64,000 nt of DNA from assembly GCA_963796055.1 (NCBI GenBank), contig CAWCKH010000001.1:1-64000 (forward strand), read 5' to 3'. Origin of the DNA: an uncultured delta proteobacterium (GTDB taxonomy: Bacteria > Myxococcota > Myxococcia > Myxococcales > Myxococcaceae). Of the stretch, positions 17,916-27,422 are shown one piece after another. The notes under the pieces are model-generated. The model was not told where the DNA came from. It saw only the letters and a list, made by a program, of their open reading frames with translations, and ran no database searches. A program made the position numbers and the translations under genes. The stretch's first letter is position 1. Each line of letters begins with the position of its first letter.

Positions 17916-20033
17916 GTGCGCGCCGAGCGTCTCGAGCGTTTGCGGGCGAGGTTCGAGCGGCTCCGGGCCGACGGGCCCCGGCGTGCACTCTTCGGGAAGC
18001 CTGCCGCTCCTTCGCTCGCCCCGCTGGAGACCCTGGACGCGCGGCTCACCCGGGCGGGCGTCCACACCGCGGCCGATCTCCGGCTGCTGGTCCGCCTCGC
18101 CCGGCGCGAGGGAAGCCACGCCGCCCTCGCCCGGCGCTTCGGCGAGCGCACCGACGCCGCGCTGGCCGCCCTCGAGGCGCGCCTGGGGTGGAGCCGGCGC
18201 ACGGCGGACGGACGGTGGGTCGCGGGGGAGCGGGCCCGGCTGGAGCGGGCTTTTCTCCGCGCCGAGCGGGTGGTCCGCACCGCGGATGTGCTCGACGCTC
18301 CGGCTGAGGTCGTGGCGGAGTGGCCCCTTCTGCCTTCCTCGGGTCCGGCCCCGCAGAGCCGGGCGCATTCCCGCTCTGCGGTGGGGGCGCTCCTGCTCGA
18401 GCGCGGCCTCTCCCAGGTGGCCGACCCCGAGCGCCGCCGGCTCGACGTGCAGCGCGCCCACGCCCTGCTGGAGTCCGGTGCGCTGGAGGAGGATGCCACC
18501 GAGCTCCGGCTCCGAGCGGCGCGCGATCGCTCCTGGGACGCGGCGGTGCCGCACGACGTGCGGAGCTGGGCCGGCCAGGCCGACTGGGCGCTGGCCCGGG
18601 CGCGGGTGGACCCGGGGGCCGCGTACGCTGCGCTCCGCATCCAGTACCTCCGGGCGGTGGAGGCCGGTGAGGACGAGGCGGCGCTCGTGCTCCGCAGGGC
18701 GCTCGAGGCGTTCCGGCTCGACCTCCCGGTGTCCGGCGCTGTTGGCCGGCCGCCCGGCCCGGCCCAGTCCTCCGGAGAGGATCGGCTGGTGGACCTGCTC
18801 CTGGGGAGCGAGTCCGTCGAGCGGCCGCTGCTGGACCTCGGCCGGGCCGCGGCGCGCCTCGTGGCCTGGGACGATGCACCGCTCGCGGGGGAGCGGGTGG
18901 CATCGGCGGACGTCCGGCACATCGCCCCCGACCGGCGGCTCGAGCTGGCGGTCACCTCGAACGTGGCCGATGTCCGCGACTTCGTGGTGGAGGACCCCCG
19001 TCGCCTGGTGCACGACCTCGCCTCGGGGGGACAACGGGTCAGGCGGCTGGTGGGAGGCACCGCACCGCGTCCGGCGCGCCGCGTCCGGGCGCGGGTCTAC
19101 CTGGCGGACGCCTCGGGCTCGATGCGCGGTGCGCGGGCACGGCTGCGGGACGGACTGCTGCTCGCCGAGCTGGACGCGCTCCGGCGGCAGGCGCTCGACG
19201 GGGTGCCGGTGGATCCGGTGGACGTCTGCTTCTTCGGCGACCGGACGCTCCACTTCGAGCGGGTCGAGACCGCCGAGGCGGCCCGGGCGTGGATCGGCCG
19301 GCTGATGGAGGGAGGCCCGTGCAGCGGCATGACCGAGCTGAGCGCGGCGCTGGCCGGCGCGGCGCAGTGGCTGCACCAGGCCCGGCGCGATCCCGCGGTC
19401 GCCTCGGCGCTTCTGGTGGTGGTGACCGACGGCGAGGACGCGGTCGACGTGACGCGCATCGAGTCCGCCTGGGCGCCGCTCCGGGGGCTCCCGGTCTCGC
19501 TCCGGGTGGTCTGTCTCGGGGACGAGAACCCCTGGCTCAAGGGATGGGTGGCGCGTCAGCGCGCCGCGGGCGGGGACGCCGGGTGGCTGCACCTCGACGA
19601 CGCGAGCCTCGCCGGGATGCCCATCGACTTCGACTTCCGCCCTCCCACCTTGCTGCCGGGGCCCGAGCGGGTGGAGGGGGTGGAGCTCGAGCAACTGCGG
19701 CCGCACCTGGAGACCCTGGCGCGCATCGCCGCGGGCGAGGAGCCAGTCCGACCGCCGGTGGACGCGGGCCGGTTCGACGCGCTTTTCCCCGAGCCGTCAG
19801 CGCCCTCGGGCGAGGACGACGCCTGGACCGTCGATGCGCTCGAGGCCATCGCCGAGGCCGCCGCGCTCGCCACCTTCGAGGAGCGGGCAACCGAAGCGGT
19901 GGTGCTCCTCGAGCACCTCCTCGCCCAGCGCGAGGTGCCCGTCGCCGCGCACCTCACGCGCCATGCGCGCCCGGGCCCCCGGACTGCCGATGCGCTGCAG
20001 AGGCTCCGGCTGCTCTGCCGCCCGGCCCGCTGA
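17916..20033 (+). CDS. VWA-domain protein (ViaA-like partner)
   Basis: MIDAS motif DASGSM, G.T and VVTDGED; starts 5 bp after the AAA gene. Confidence 0.82.
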   Translation: MRAERLERLRARFERLRADGPRRALFGKPAAPSLAPLETLDARLTRAGVHTAADLRLLVRLARREGSHAALARRFGERTDAALAALEARLGWSRRTADGRWVAGERARLERAFLRAERVVRTADVLDAPAEVVAEWPLLPSSGPAPQSRAHSRSAVGALLLERGLSQVADPERRRLDVQRAHALLESGALEEDATELRLRAARDRSWDAAVPHDVRSWAGQADWALARARVDPGAAYAALRIQYLRAVEAGEDEAALVLRRALEAFRLDLPVSGAVGRPPGPAQSSGEDRLVDLLLGSESVERPLLDLGRAAARLVAWDDAPLAGERVASADVRHIAPDRRLELAVTSNVADVRDFVVEDPRRLVHDLASGGQRVRRLVGGTAPRPARRVRARVYLADASGSMRGARARLRDGLLLAELDALRRQALDGVPVDPVDVCFFGDRTLHFERVETAEAARAWIGRLMEGGPCSGMTELSAALAGAAQWLHQARRDPAVASALLVVVTDGEDAVDVTRIESAWAPLRGLPVSLRVVCLGDENPWLKGWVARQRAAGGDAGWLHLDDASLAGMPIDFDFRPPTLLPGPERVEGVELEQLRPHLETLARIAAGEEPVRPPVDAGRFDALFPEPSAPSGEDDAWTVDALEAIAEAAALATFEERATEAVVLLEHLLAQREVPVAAHLTRHARPGPRTADALQRLRLLCRPAR

Positions 20034-20057
20034 CGTCGAGCTCGAGCCGCCTGACGC

Positions 20058-20556
20058 TCAGGCCGCGAGCTCGTGGCACCCGGAGAGCACGCGGCAGGCC
20101 CCTTCGTACAGCGCACGGCTCAGCGCGAGTCGCTGAGGGGTGGCTCCCGATCCGGCGACCGCACGGGTGCACCCGTCCACGTCACCCACGTCGGCGAAGT
20201 CGTTCAGGTGATGGGAATTCCAGAACCAGGTGGAGACCTCGGTGTTGCTCGTGGCGGCCAGCTCGGGGTGCCGGACCAGGTCGAGGTCCAGCGCGGTCCC
20301 CGCCTCCCGATAGCTCCGCCGACCGCTCAGCTGGATCCAGGACCGGCCGAAGAAGGGCGCGGACGGACGACGGGGACCGTCCTCCTCCTCCAGTCGGCGG
20401 AAAGACCTCGAGCTCGCGGCGAGCTGCGCGACGAGCATCGCGGCCCGGAGATGCGTGACACTGCCGGTGCGGGCCAGGATGGAATTGAGGCTCAGGACGG
20501 CGCGCGGGCTCGGGGCAGATGGCCTTCAGCTGCGATGGCGTGAGCGCGATGGCCAC
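20058..20556 (-). pseudogene. Degenerate GH19 (chitinase/endolysin-like) gene, frameshifted near 20513
   Basis: GAGGAGG RBS before the GTG; LTPSQLKAI, then LRAAMLVAQLAASS (HES replaced), FFGRSWIQLSGR.SY, LDL...PEL, WFW...LN.FAD.GD and TR. Confidence 0.7.
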
Positions 20557-20750
20557 GGTCCGACCTCCTCGCCTCCTTGGACGTCCGGAGCAGGCGGCTC
20601 GTTTCGCCGTGCTCGAGAAGACGGACGCCAACTGTTCTGTGGCTCCTGGCACCCGGTTCTTCCCGGACAGGCCGTCCGCCTGTGCCACGCGGTCAGTGCT
20701 CGAGCGTTTCGCACGGTCCGTGGGCTGGAGGCGGCCTAAAGTCCCGGGAG

Positions 20751-21293
20751 ATGGCCTTCCGGTGGTTTCGACGGCGTCCCGCCCCGGCGCCGGATCCGAT
20801 CGCGGCGTACGACGACCTGGTCTCCGACCTTGCCGGCGAGGCGGCCGAGCTGCGGCGCGCGGCCGCGACGCTCCTCACCGTGCGTTCCCGGCTGGGGCGC
20901 GAGCTGTCGGGGATGGAGCAGATCGCCCGGACGCTGCGGGAACGGGCGGAGCGGGCGCGGGGCGGGGTGGACGGGCGGACCGCCGAGGTGCTCGACGCCG
21001 ATGCGCGCCGCGAGGACGGACGGGCAGAGGGGCTCCGCGAGGAGCTCGCGCGCACCGAGACCGACGTCGCCCAGCTCGAGGAGGCCGCGCGGCGGGTGGC
21101 GGGGCAGGTGGATCGCCTCCGCTCGGAGCGCGATCTCGCCGCCGCCCGGCTCACCGCGGGGACGGCGCTCGCCGCCGAGGCCCAGCGCTCCCGCGCCGAT
21201 CGCATCCGCCGGCTGGTGGCGGTGGACGCCGCCCGCGACGAGATCGAGCGGGCGCACGCGCTCGCCGAGGTCTGGCGCGAGGATGCCGGCTGA
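20751..21293 (+). CDS. PspA/IM30-like coiled-coil protein
   Basis: 180 aa, all-helical; N-terminal MAFRWFRR followed by DP...YD.L, the position of the PspA DP motif. Confidence 0.55.
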   Translation: MAFRWFRRRPAPAPDPIAAYDDLVSDLAGEAAELRRAAATLLTVRSRLGRELSGMEQIARTLRERAERARGGVDGRTAEVLDADARREDGRAEGLREELARTETDVAQLEEAARRVAGQVDRLRSERDLAAARLTAGTALAAEAQRSRADRIRRLVAVDAARDEIERAHALAEVWREDAG

Positions 21294-21312
21294 GCGTTCC
21301 CCACACCCCGGG

Positions 21313-22218
21313 TCAGGTCCGCCGGGCGCTCTGGTGCAGCTCGAGGAGGATGCCACCGTCCTTGAACAGGCGGACCGCGCCCGAGGTCTGGCTCACCACC
21401 AGGGCCAGGCACTGCGTCGCCGCGGTGATGTTCGCCGCCGCCGCGTGTCGGGCGCCGAGGCCCAGCGGGACCTTGGCGTCCTCGTCACCCGCGGAGAGGT
21501 AGCGCCCGGCGGAGAGCACCACCCCGTCCTCGCGGATGACGAACGCGCCGTCGAGCACCGAGAAGTTCTTGATCGCCTCGCGGATCCGCGGGTCGAGCAC
21601 GTTGCGCTCGCTCTCGCCCAGACCCTGGAAGGGATTGATCGTGATCTGCCGGCTCTTCTCCAGCACGCTGTTGTGGTCGCCGATGGTGATGATCGTCCCC
21701 ACCGGGTGGCCCTCGTAGCCCTCCTGGCCGATCTGCAGCGCCAGCTGGATGAGGGCGTCCACCACCTGGCTGTTGAACTGGTCGCCGAGCTTGATGCCCT
21801 CGATCGCCACCCGATCGTCGAGCGAGCCCCCGATGCGCATCTGCATCAAGGTGTCCGGCGGACGTCCCACGCGGCCGGTCATGCAGAGCACCAGGTCCCC
21901 CTCCTTGAACGCCCCCTGGGCGAGGGCGGAGACGAGCGCCACCTTCACCCGCTCCACGCGGCTGTAGTCGTAGGCGGGGATGACCAGCGCCCGCTGCTTC
22001 CGGGCCTGGAGCTCGGCGGCGATCTGCTCGGCGGTGACCGCGTAGACCAGCTTGCCCCTGGCCGGCTTCCGCCGCAGGTCGTCGGGCGGGATGGGGATGT
22101 CGCAGATATAGAGGAAGTGGTCGATGTCCGGCTTGGCGGCGAGCGCCAGCGCCGAGCGCAGGAATTCCCGGTCGAACCGGGTCGCCTCCTGTCGCGCCGT
22201 CTTCTCCGCGTCCGCCAT
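21313..22218 (-). CDS. Diadenylate cyclase (DisA_N domain) with N-terminal alpha/beta domain, CdaZ-like
   Basis: EG.EG..VGT, LDGAFVI, AGRYL, GLGARHAAA and VVSQ.SG.V; no transmembrane helices. Confidence 0.85.
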   Translation of the reverse strand: MADAEKTARQEATRFDREFLRSALALAAKPDIDHFLYICDIPIPPDDLRRKPARGKLVYAVTAEQIAAELQARKQRALVIPAYDYSRVERVKVALVSALAQGAFKEGDLVLCMTGRVGRPPDTLMQMRIGGSLDDRVAIEGIKLGDQFNSQVVDALIQLALQIGQEGYEGHPVGTIITIGDHNSVLEKSRQITINPFQGLGESERNVLDPRIREAIKNFSVLDGAFVIREDGVVLSAGRYLSAGDEDAKVPLGLGARHAAAANITAATQCLALVVSQTSGAVRLFKDGGILLELHQSARRT

Positions 22219-22352
22219 GGGCAGGCCAGGTTACCTTGACTTCACCCGGGCGCCAGATAAGACTCCGCGGCCTTTTTTTCGGGGGTGCACGGCGTTCGAC
22301 GAACGCACACCGTTCCCACCTCCGCGGACGGCAGGGTCACGGAGTCGCACCT

Positions 22353-22715
22353 TTGAATCAGAAAGATCTGAAGCGCTACCGGAAGATGCTCGAGGACAGC
22401 AAGTCAGCCCTCCTCGAAAGCGCGAAGAAGACCCTCATGGAGGAGTCGAACTTCGACACCGACGACCTCCCGGATGAGATCGACCTCGCCTCCAGCGAGT
22501 ACGCCCAGTCCATGGTGTTCCGTCTCCGGGACCGGGAGAAGTTCCTCCTCAAGAAGATCGAGAAGGCGCTGTCGCGGATCGAGGACGGGACGTTCGGGGT
22601 CTGCGAGCGGTGCGAGGAGCCCATCGCCCCCAAGCGCCTCGAGGCCCGGCCGGTCACCACCTTGTGTATCCGCTGCAAGGAAGAGCAGGAGAAGAAGGAA
22701 AAGTCGTACGGGTGA
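22353..22715 (+). CDS. dksA: DksA/TraR C4 zinc-finger RNA polymerase-binding protein
   Basis: TTG start with GGAG RBS; DEIDLA (DxxDxA) tip and CERC...RLEARP....CIRC. Confidence 0.9.
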   Translation: MNQKDLKRYRKMLEDSKSALLESAKKTLMEESNFDTDDLPDEIDLASSEYAQSMVFRLRDREKFLLKKIEKALSRIEDGTFGVCERCEEPIAPKRLEARPVTTLCIRCKEEQEKKEKSYG

Positions 22716-22766
22716 GGTGGGCCTGCTCGGGGTGAGCGCCCGGGTTCGGGCCCACATCCCGGCGGT

Positions 22767-23927
22767 TCACCCCCCGGGCGTCGCGCGCACCGCCCGCCGA
22801 AGCGCCGCGAGCAGCACCAGGGTGAGGGCGTAGAGCCCGGCGGCCGCCAGGAGCGACGGCCCGGGCGCCGGCCTTCGCACCGCCAGCAAGACGTTGAACA
22901 GGCCGAGGGCCAGCCCTCCCGCTCCGAGGAGCAGGCCCATCCCCAGCCCCGCGCGCTCCGCGCGGACGGCCACCAGGCACCAGGCGAAGAGCCCGTTCTG
23001 CAACGCCGCCAGCGCCGCCCCCAGCGCCGCCGCGACGAGGAGCACCGCCGCCGCTCCCTCGACGTGCAGAAGCAGCGGGGCGCCGGCCACCAGCAGACAT
23101 GCCCCGGCGATGGTGACCGGGCCTCCGCCAATCCGGCCGAGCGCCAGCCTTCCCGCCGGAATGGCGGCGACCGCCAGCCCCAGGAAGAACGCGGTGGTGA
23201 TCGCCGTCGCCGGTACGCCGGGGCCGGCGCCGGCCCTCGGCAGCCCGCTGTTCAGGAAGCGGAAGGCGAGCGCCGAGCTCGTCCCGACCGCGAAGAGGAC
23301 CCACCCGGCTCCGCTCCTGGAACGATCGGTCGGCGCCGGGGCCTCCTCTGCGTCGGCGGCGAGCGGCTCCCGTCGATCCAGCACCCGGACGACCAGCGCG
23401 GTCACCACGAGCACTGCCGAGGCCATCACGAAGGTGGGGAGCGGTCCCAGCGAGAGGAGCCAGGCCCGCGCCGAAGGAGCTGCCGCGCCGACCAGCCCCG
23501 CGGCGGCGGTGAGAACCGACGAGGCCAGAGGCAGCGCCCCCGGACGCGCGTACCTGCCGAGGAGGGAGAGCGCCGGAGCACGGAACACCGCCATCGCGCA
23601 GGCCCAGCCGATGAGCAGGGCAGGGACCAGCGACGCCGGCCCGGGCCTCGCGCCCGCCGCCGCGAGCGGGAGCGCGAGGAAGAGGAGGGCGGCCAGGAGC
23701 ACCCCGCCCAGCACCAGGAAGAAGCGCCGGAAGAGGCCGGTCCGGGCCCGGTCGGAGAGCGAACCCATCAGCGGCTCGAGCACCGCGCCGAGGAATCCCT
23801 CCACCGTGACCAGGACCGTGGCGAGGTAGGCGTCGAAGCCCGCGCGCAGCAGCAGCTCGGCCAGGTAGAGGTTGTAGGCCACCCAGGCGACGTTCACCGC
23901 GCCGTGCAGACCCGCCAGCCCGAGCAC
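22767..23927 (-). CDS. MFS transporter
   Basis: About 12 hydrophobic segments; motif A G.LSDR...RR. Confidence 0.8.
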   Translation of the reverse strand: MLGLAGLHGAVNVAWVAYNLYLAELLLRAGFDAYLATVLVTVEGFLGAVLEPLMGSLSDRARTGLFRRFFLVLGGVLLAALLFLALPLAAAGARPGPASLVPALLIGWACAMAVFRAPALSLLGRYARPGALPLASSVLTAAAGLVGAAAPSARAWLLSLGPLPTFVMASAVLVVTALVVRVLDRREPLAADAEEAPAPTDRSRSGAGWVLFAVGTSSALAFRFLNSGLPRAGAGPGVPATAITTAFFLGLAVAAIPAGRLALGRIGGGPVTIAGACLLVAGAPLLLHVEGAAAVLLVAAALGAALAALQNGLFAWCLVAVRAERAGLGMGLLLGAGGLALGLFNVLLAVRRPAPGPSLLAAAGLYALTLVLLAALRRAVRATPGG

Positions 23928-23974
23928 CGGGCCCCAGCGGGCCGGCGCGGCCTGTTCCCTCGCGTCGCCGGGCC

Positions 23975-24721
23975 TCAGCTGCCGATCTCGACCCGGACCA
24001 GCTCCCGGCCCACCAGGAACTGATCGCCGTGCTCGACGAAGCTGGGGGCGGAGATGCGGAGGAAGGTCCCGTTCGAGCTGCCCACGTCCTTGACCGTGAG
24101 ACGCTCTCCCCGGGCGTTCAGCACCGCGTGGCGCCCGGAGACGAATCCGTCGCCGGGGAAGGTGATGTCGCCCACCTCGCGCCCCAGGAGATTCTCGCCC
24201 TCGCGCAGACAGAACGCCGCGCCCCGCATCCCACCCTCGAGCAGCTGGACCATGCGCAGCTTGAACCCGGGGTCCGCCGAGCCCCAGGCGATGGTGCCCC
24301 CGTTGCCGGGGGTCACCGGGGGGATGGCCTCCAGCAAGAGCCGCTGCCGCCCCAGCCGGAGCTCACCACCCACGGGCAGCTCACGCTCCGCCTTGAGCCG
24401 GGCGAAGACGCCGTTGCCTCCACCGAGGTCCTCGATGGCCAGCCGCTGGCCGGAGAAGAAGAAGCGGGCCTGCACCGGGGCGATGAACGGGTCGTCGGGC
24501 AGGGTGAGGTCGGCGCGCGTGCCGCAGGTCAGCGTCTCTCCGCTCATCGGGACCGACATCTCCGGCCCACCGTCGGCGCGGACGACGCGAAAGCTGACCT
24601 GTGGCCGGCCGGCGCTCGGCGGGCCCATCACCATCGTCCCCCCCGCCAGCGGGGTTCCGCAGCGGGTGCAGCGAAGTTGCTCATCGGGATTCGGCGCATC
24701 ACAACGCGGGCAGGAGGCCAT
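23975..24721 (-). CDS. Zinc ribbon + tandem FHA domain protein
   Basis: CPRC..CTRCG; the second FHA is canonical (GR..D..VSGRHA..D.GSSNGTF). Confidence 0.88.
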   Translation of the reverse strand: MASCPRCDAPNPDEQLRCTRCGTPLAGGTMVMGPPSAGRPQVSFRVVRADGGPEMSVPMSGETLTCGTRADLTLPDDPFIAPVQARFFFSGQRLAIEDLGGGNGVFARLKAERELPVGGELRLGRQRLLLEAIPPVTPGNGGTIAWGSADPGFKLRMVQLLEGGMRGAAFCLREGENLLGREVGDITFPGDGFVSGRHAVLNARGERLTVKDVGSSNGTFLRISAPSFVEHGDQFLVGRELVRVEIGS

Positions 24722-24795
24722 CGGAACCGAGGGCGGCGAGCGTACCATGCAGCCTTGCGGCTCCGTCCCAGGAGTGGGAGCGTCGGATTCCGGTC

Positions 24796-26319
24796 GTGAA
24801 CTGCCCCGCCTGCTCCATTGAGACCGCCCCCCAGGCGCAGTTCTGTGCGGCCTGCGGGAACGCGCTTCCCCGGGAGGCGGCCGGGGATCCGTACCTCGGC
24901 CAGGTGGTGGCCCGGAAGTACCGGGTGGAGAAGCTCCTGGGCGAGGGGGGCATGGGCCGCGTCTACCGCGCCAATCAGCTGGTGCTGGAGAAGCCGGTGG
25001 TGCTGAAGCTGCTCCACCCCTCGCTCCAGAAGGACGCCCGCACCGTGGCCCGGTTCCAGCGCGAGGCCAAGGCAGCCAGCCGGCTCAACCACCCCAACTC
25101 CATCGACGTGCTGGACTTCGGCCAGACCGACGACGGCGCGCTGTTCATCGCCATGGAGTTCGTGGACGGCCGGGACCTGCACCAGGTCCTCACCGAGGAC
25201 TGGCCGCTGCCGGAGCCGCGGGTCATCCGGATCGTCACCCAGGTGCTGTCGGCGCTCGCCGATGCGCACCAGGCGGGGGTCATCCACCGCGACCTGAAAC
25301 CAGAGAACGTGATGGTGATGGCCCGGCGGGGCGGTGAGTCGGACGTGATCAAGGTGCTGGACTTCGGCATCGCCAAGATCGTCGACGGGAGCTCCGGCGA
25401 AGGCCCCTCGCTCACCCGGACCGGGTTCGTCTGCGGAACTCCCGAGTACATGAGTCCCGAGCAGGCCCGGGGCTCGCCCCTGGATGCCCGGAGCGACCTG
25501 TACTCGGTCGGGGTGCTGCTCTACCAGCTGGTGACCCGGCGGCTGCCGTTCAGCTCCGACTCGGCGATGGGCTATGCCACCAAGCACCTGACCGAGGACC
25601 CGAAGCCGCCCAATGCGCTTCGCCCGGGCTGCTGCAGCCGCGAGCTGGAGGCGCTCATCCTCTGGGCGCTTCGCAAGGAGCCCGCGGACCGGCCGCAGAC
25701 CGCGGTGGCCTTCCTCGACTCGCTGAATCTCCTCCCTGCCGCCGAAGCGGTGCATGCGCCCCGCACCGCGCGCGTTCCCATCCCGCTGGGCATGGTGGGA
25801 TCGACCGAGGATCAGCTCGGAAGCGCGCCCACCATCGCCAGCAGCCGGCGGGCCGCCAGACGCGGCGGCCGCGGCCTGCAGCTCGGGCTGGGGGCGCTGG
25901 TGCTGGTGGCGGCCGCCGGCGCCGGGGTGCTCGCCTTCAAGCCGCTCACCGAGACGCCCGGACAGGCCGCGCCGATGCCACCCCCGGCCGTCACCGTGGT
26001 GCCGGCGTGGGCGCGCGAGGTGCCGCCGGAGAAGCGGGAAGCCGCGCGGGCCGCGCAGCTGGTTCAGGACGGCGACAACCTCTACCTCGCCGGAGACCGG
26101 ACGCTTGCCCGCGCCAAGTACCTCGAGGCGTTCGAGGCCGACCCGAGCGCGGCGCTGGCCCTGAAGCTGGGGATGCTGGCCCGTCTCCGGGGCGCCGAGG
26201 GAGAGGCCGAGGCCCGGGGCTTCTTCGGCCGGGTGCTGAAGGAGTCTCCGGGATCGCCGGCCCGCGCCGTCCTCCGCGAGTGGTATCCAGATCTGGAGCA
26301 GACGGTCTCCAGCCGCTGA
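24796..26319 (+). CDS. Hanks-type Ser/Thr protein kinase (zinc ribbon, kinase, TM, TPR-like C-terminus)
   Basis: CPAC..CAACG, LGEGGMG.V, VLK, HRDLKPEN, DFG and GTPEYMSPEQ; TM segment LGLGALVLVAAAGAGVL. Confidence 0.95.
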   Translation: MNCPACSIETAPQAQFCAACGNALPREAAGDPYLGQVVARKYRVEKLLGEGGMGRVYRANQLVLEKPVVLKLLHPSLQKDARTVARFQREAKAASRLNHPNSIDVLDFGQTDDGALFIAMEFVDGRDLHQVLTEDWPLPEPRVIRIVTQVLSALADAHQAGVIHRDLKPENVMVMARRGGESDVIKVLDFGIAKIVDGSSGEGPSLTRTGFVCGTPEYMSPEQARGSPLDARSDLYSVGVLLYQLVTRRLPFSSDSAMGYATKHLTEDPKPPNALRPGCCSRELEALILWALRKEPADRPQTAVAFLDSLNLLPAAEAVHAPRTARVPIPLGMVGSTEDQLGSAPTIASSRRAARRGGRGLQLGLGALVLVAAAGAGVLAFKPLTETPGQAAPMPPPAVTVVPAWAREVPPEKREAARAAQLVQDGDNLYLAGDRTLARAKYLEAFEADPSAALALKLGMLARLRGAEGEAEARGFFGRVLKESPGSPARAVLREWYPDLEQTVSSR

Positions 26320-26352
26320 ACCGCGGTCAGCGGGGAGCGTCGACGGGGGCGA

Positions 26353-27300
26353 TCACGCCGCCAGCTCGACGGTCAGCGTCTGCTGCCCGATCCGCACCCG
26401 ATCTCCCTGCCTGAGGGGCCGCTCCTGCGGCCCGAGGCGGACAAAGGTCCCCAGCCCGCCCGAGAGGTCGCGGAGCACGGCCCCCTGGGGCGCGGGGCTG
26501 ATCTCACAGTGGCGCGCGGCGAGATGGGGGTCCGGGGCGAAGACCAGGTCGGCGCCGGAGGAGCCGAGCGTCAGCGACGGCTGCGCGGTCACCACCGCCC
26601 GACCGGGCCGCAGCCCGACCAGGATCTCCTCCAGCCCCCACAGCCCGCCCGCCTGGGGCACCGGCGCGCCATAGGTCCGTGGCTTTCCGGTCTCGGCGGC
26701 GCGGGGCAGCAGCGGGCCCACGTAGCGCAGCACGTGCGGGCCCACCGAGAAGAGCGCCCCGGGCGTGAGCAGCTCGTGGGTGGTGATGGCGACGTACACG
26801 CCCGAGACGCTCTCCTCGTCCTTCACCGTGAGCTGCCCTTCTCGGATGCGGAAGGCGGCGTGGTGAGGCGAGACGAAGGGATCGTCGGCGAAGAGGATGG
26901 CCCCCCGCTGGCGGCCCACGCTGCAGCCGTTGGCCATCAGCCGGAAGCGCTGGCCGCGCGCGGGCCCGGCGCTCACGCTGAGGATGTAGCGGCTCGGCAC
27001 CGGGGCGGGGGCGGCCGGACGGGCGCCAGGACCGGTCCGGGGAATGCCTCCCGACGGTGTGGGCGAGTTCCGGAGCCCCACTCCGGAGGGACCCGCTGCG
27101 GCGGACGGAGGCCGGGACGCTGGAGGGCCCGAGGGCGCCGGCGGGGCCACGGCGGGGGTGGAGCCGGTGGGCCTCCGGGCAGGCGCTGGCGCTCTTCCCC
27201 AGGTCTTTCCGCAGGCTTCGCACCGCTGCGCGCCTGCCGGGTTGAGCACGTCGCAGGACGGGCAGACCACGCCGAGGTGACTCACCAGAAGGCGCGACAT
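26353..27300 (-). CDS. Zinc ribbon + Pro-rich linker + tandem FHA domain protein
   Basis: CPSC..CEACG; first FHA VGR..DPFVSPHHA. Confidence 0.85.
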   Translation of the reverse strand: MSRLLVSHLGVVCPSCDVLNPAGAQRCEACGKTWGRAPAPARRPTGSTPAVAPPAPSGPPASRPPSAAAGPSGVGLRNSPTPSGGIPRTGPGARPAAPAPVPSRYILSVSAGPARGQRFRLMANGCSVGRQRGAILFADDPFVSPHHAAFRIREGQLTVKDEESVSGVYVAITTHELLTPGALFSVGPHVLRYVGPLLPRAAETGKPRTYGAPVPQAGGLWGLEEILVGLRPGRAVVTAQPSLTLGSSGADLVFAPDPHLAARHCEISPAPQGAVLRDLSGGLGTFVRLGPQERPLRQGDRVRIGQQTLTVELAA

Positions 27301-27381
27301 GGGCGGGCGTCGGTCACTGTAGGAACCAGCTCGGTGCACGGTCAATGTTCAGCCCCAGCGGCCAGTTCCGGGGTCGGTGCG

Positions 27382-27410
27382 TTGAACACCTCCGATCGCA
27401 CAGTTACGAT
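27382..27410 (+). promoter_or_regulatory. Putative sigma70 promoter of rel
   Basis: TTGAAC-N17-TACGAT, ending 12 nt before the ATG at 27423. Confidence 0.5.
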
Positions 27411-27422
27411 TGTGCAGTATCG

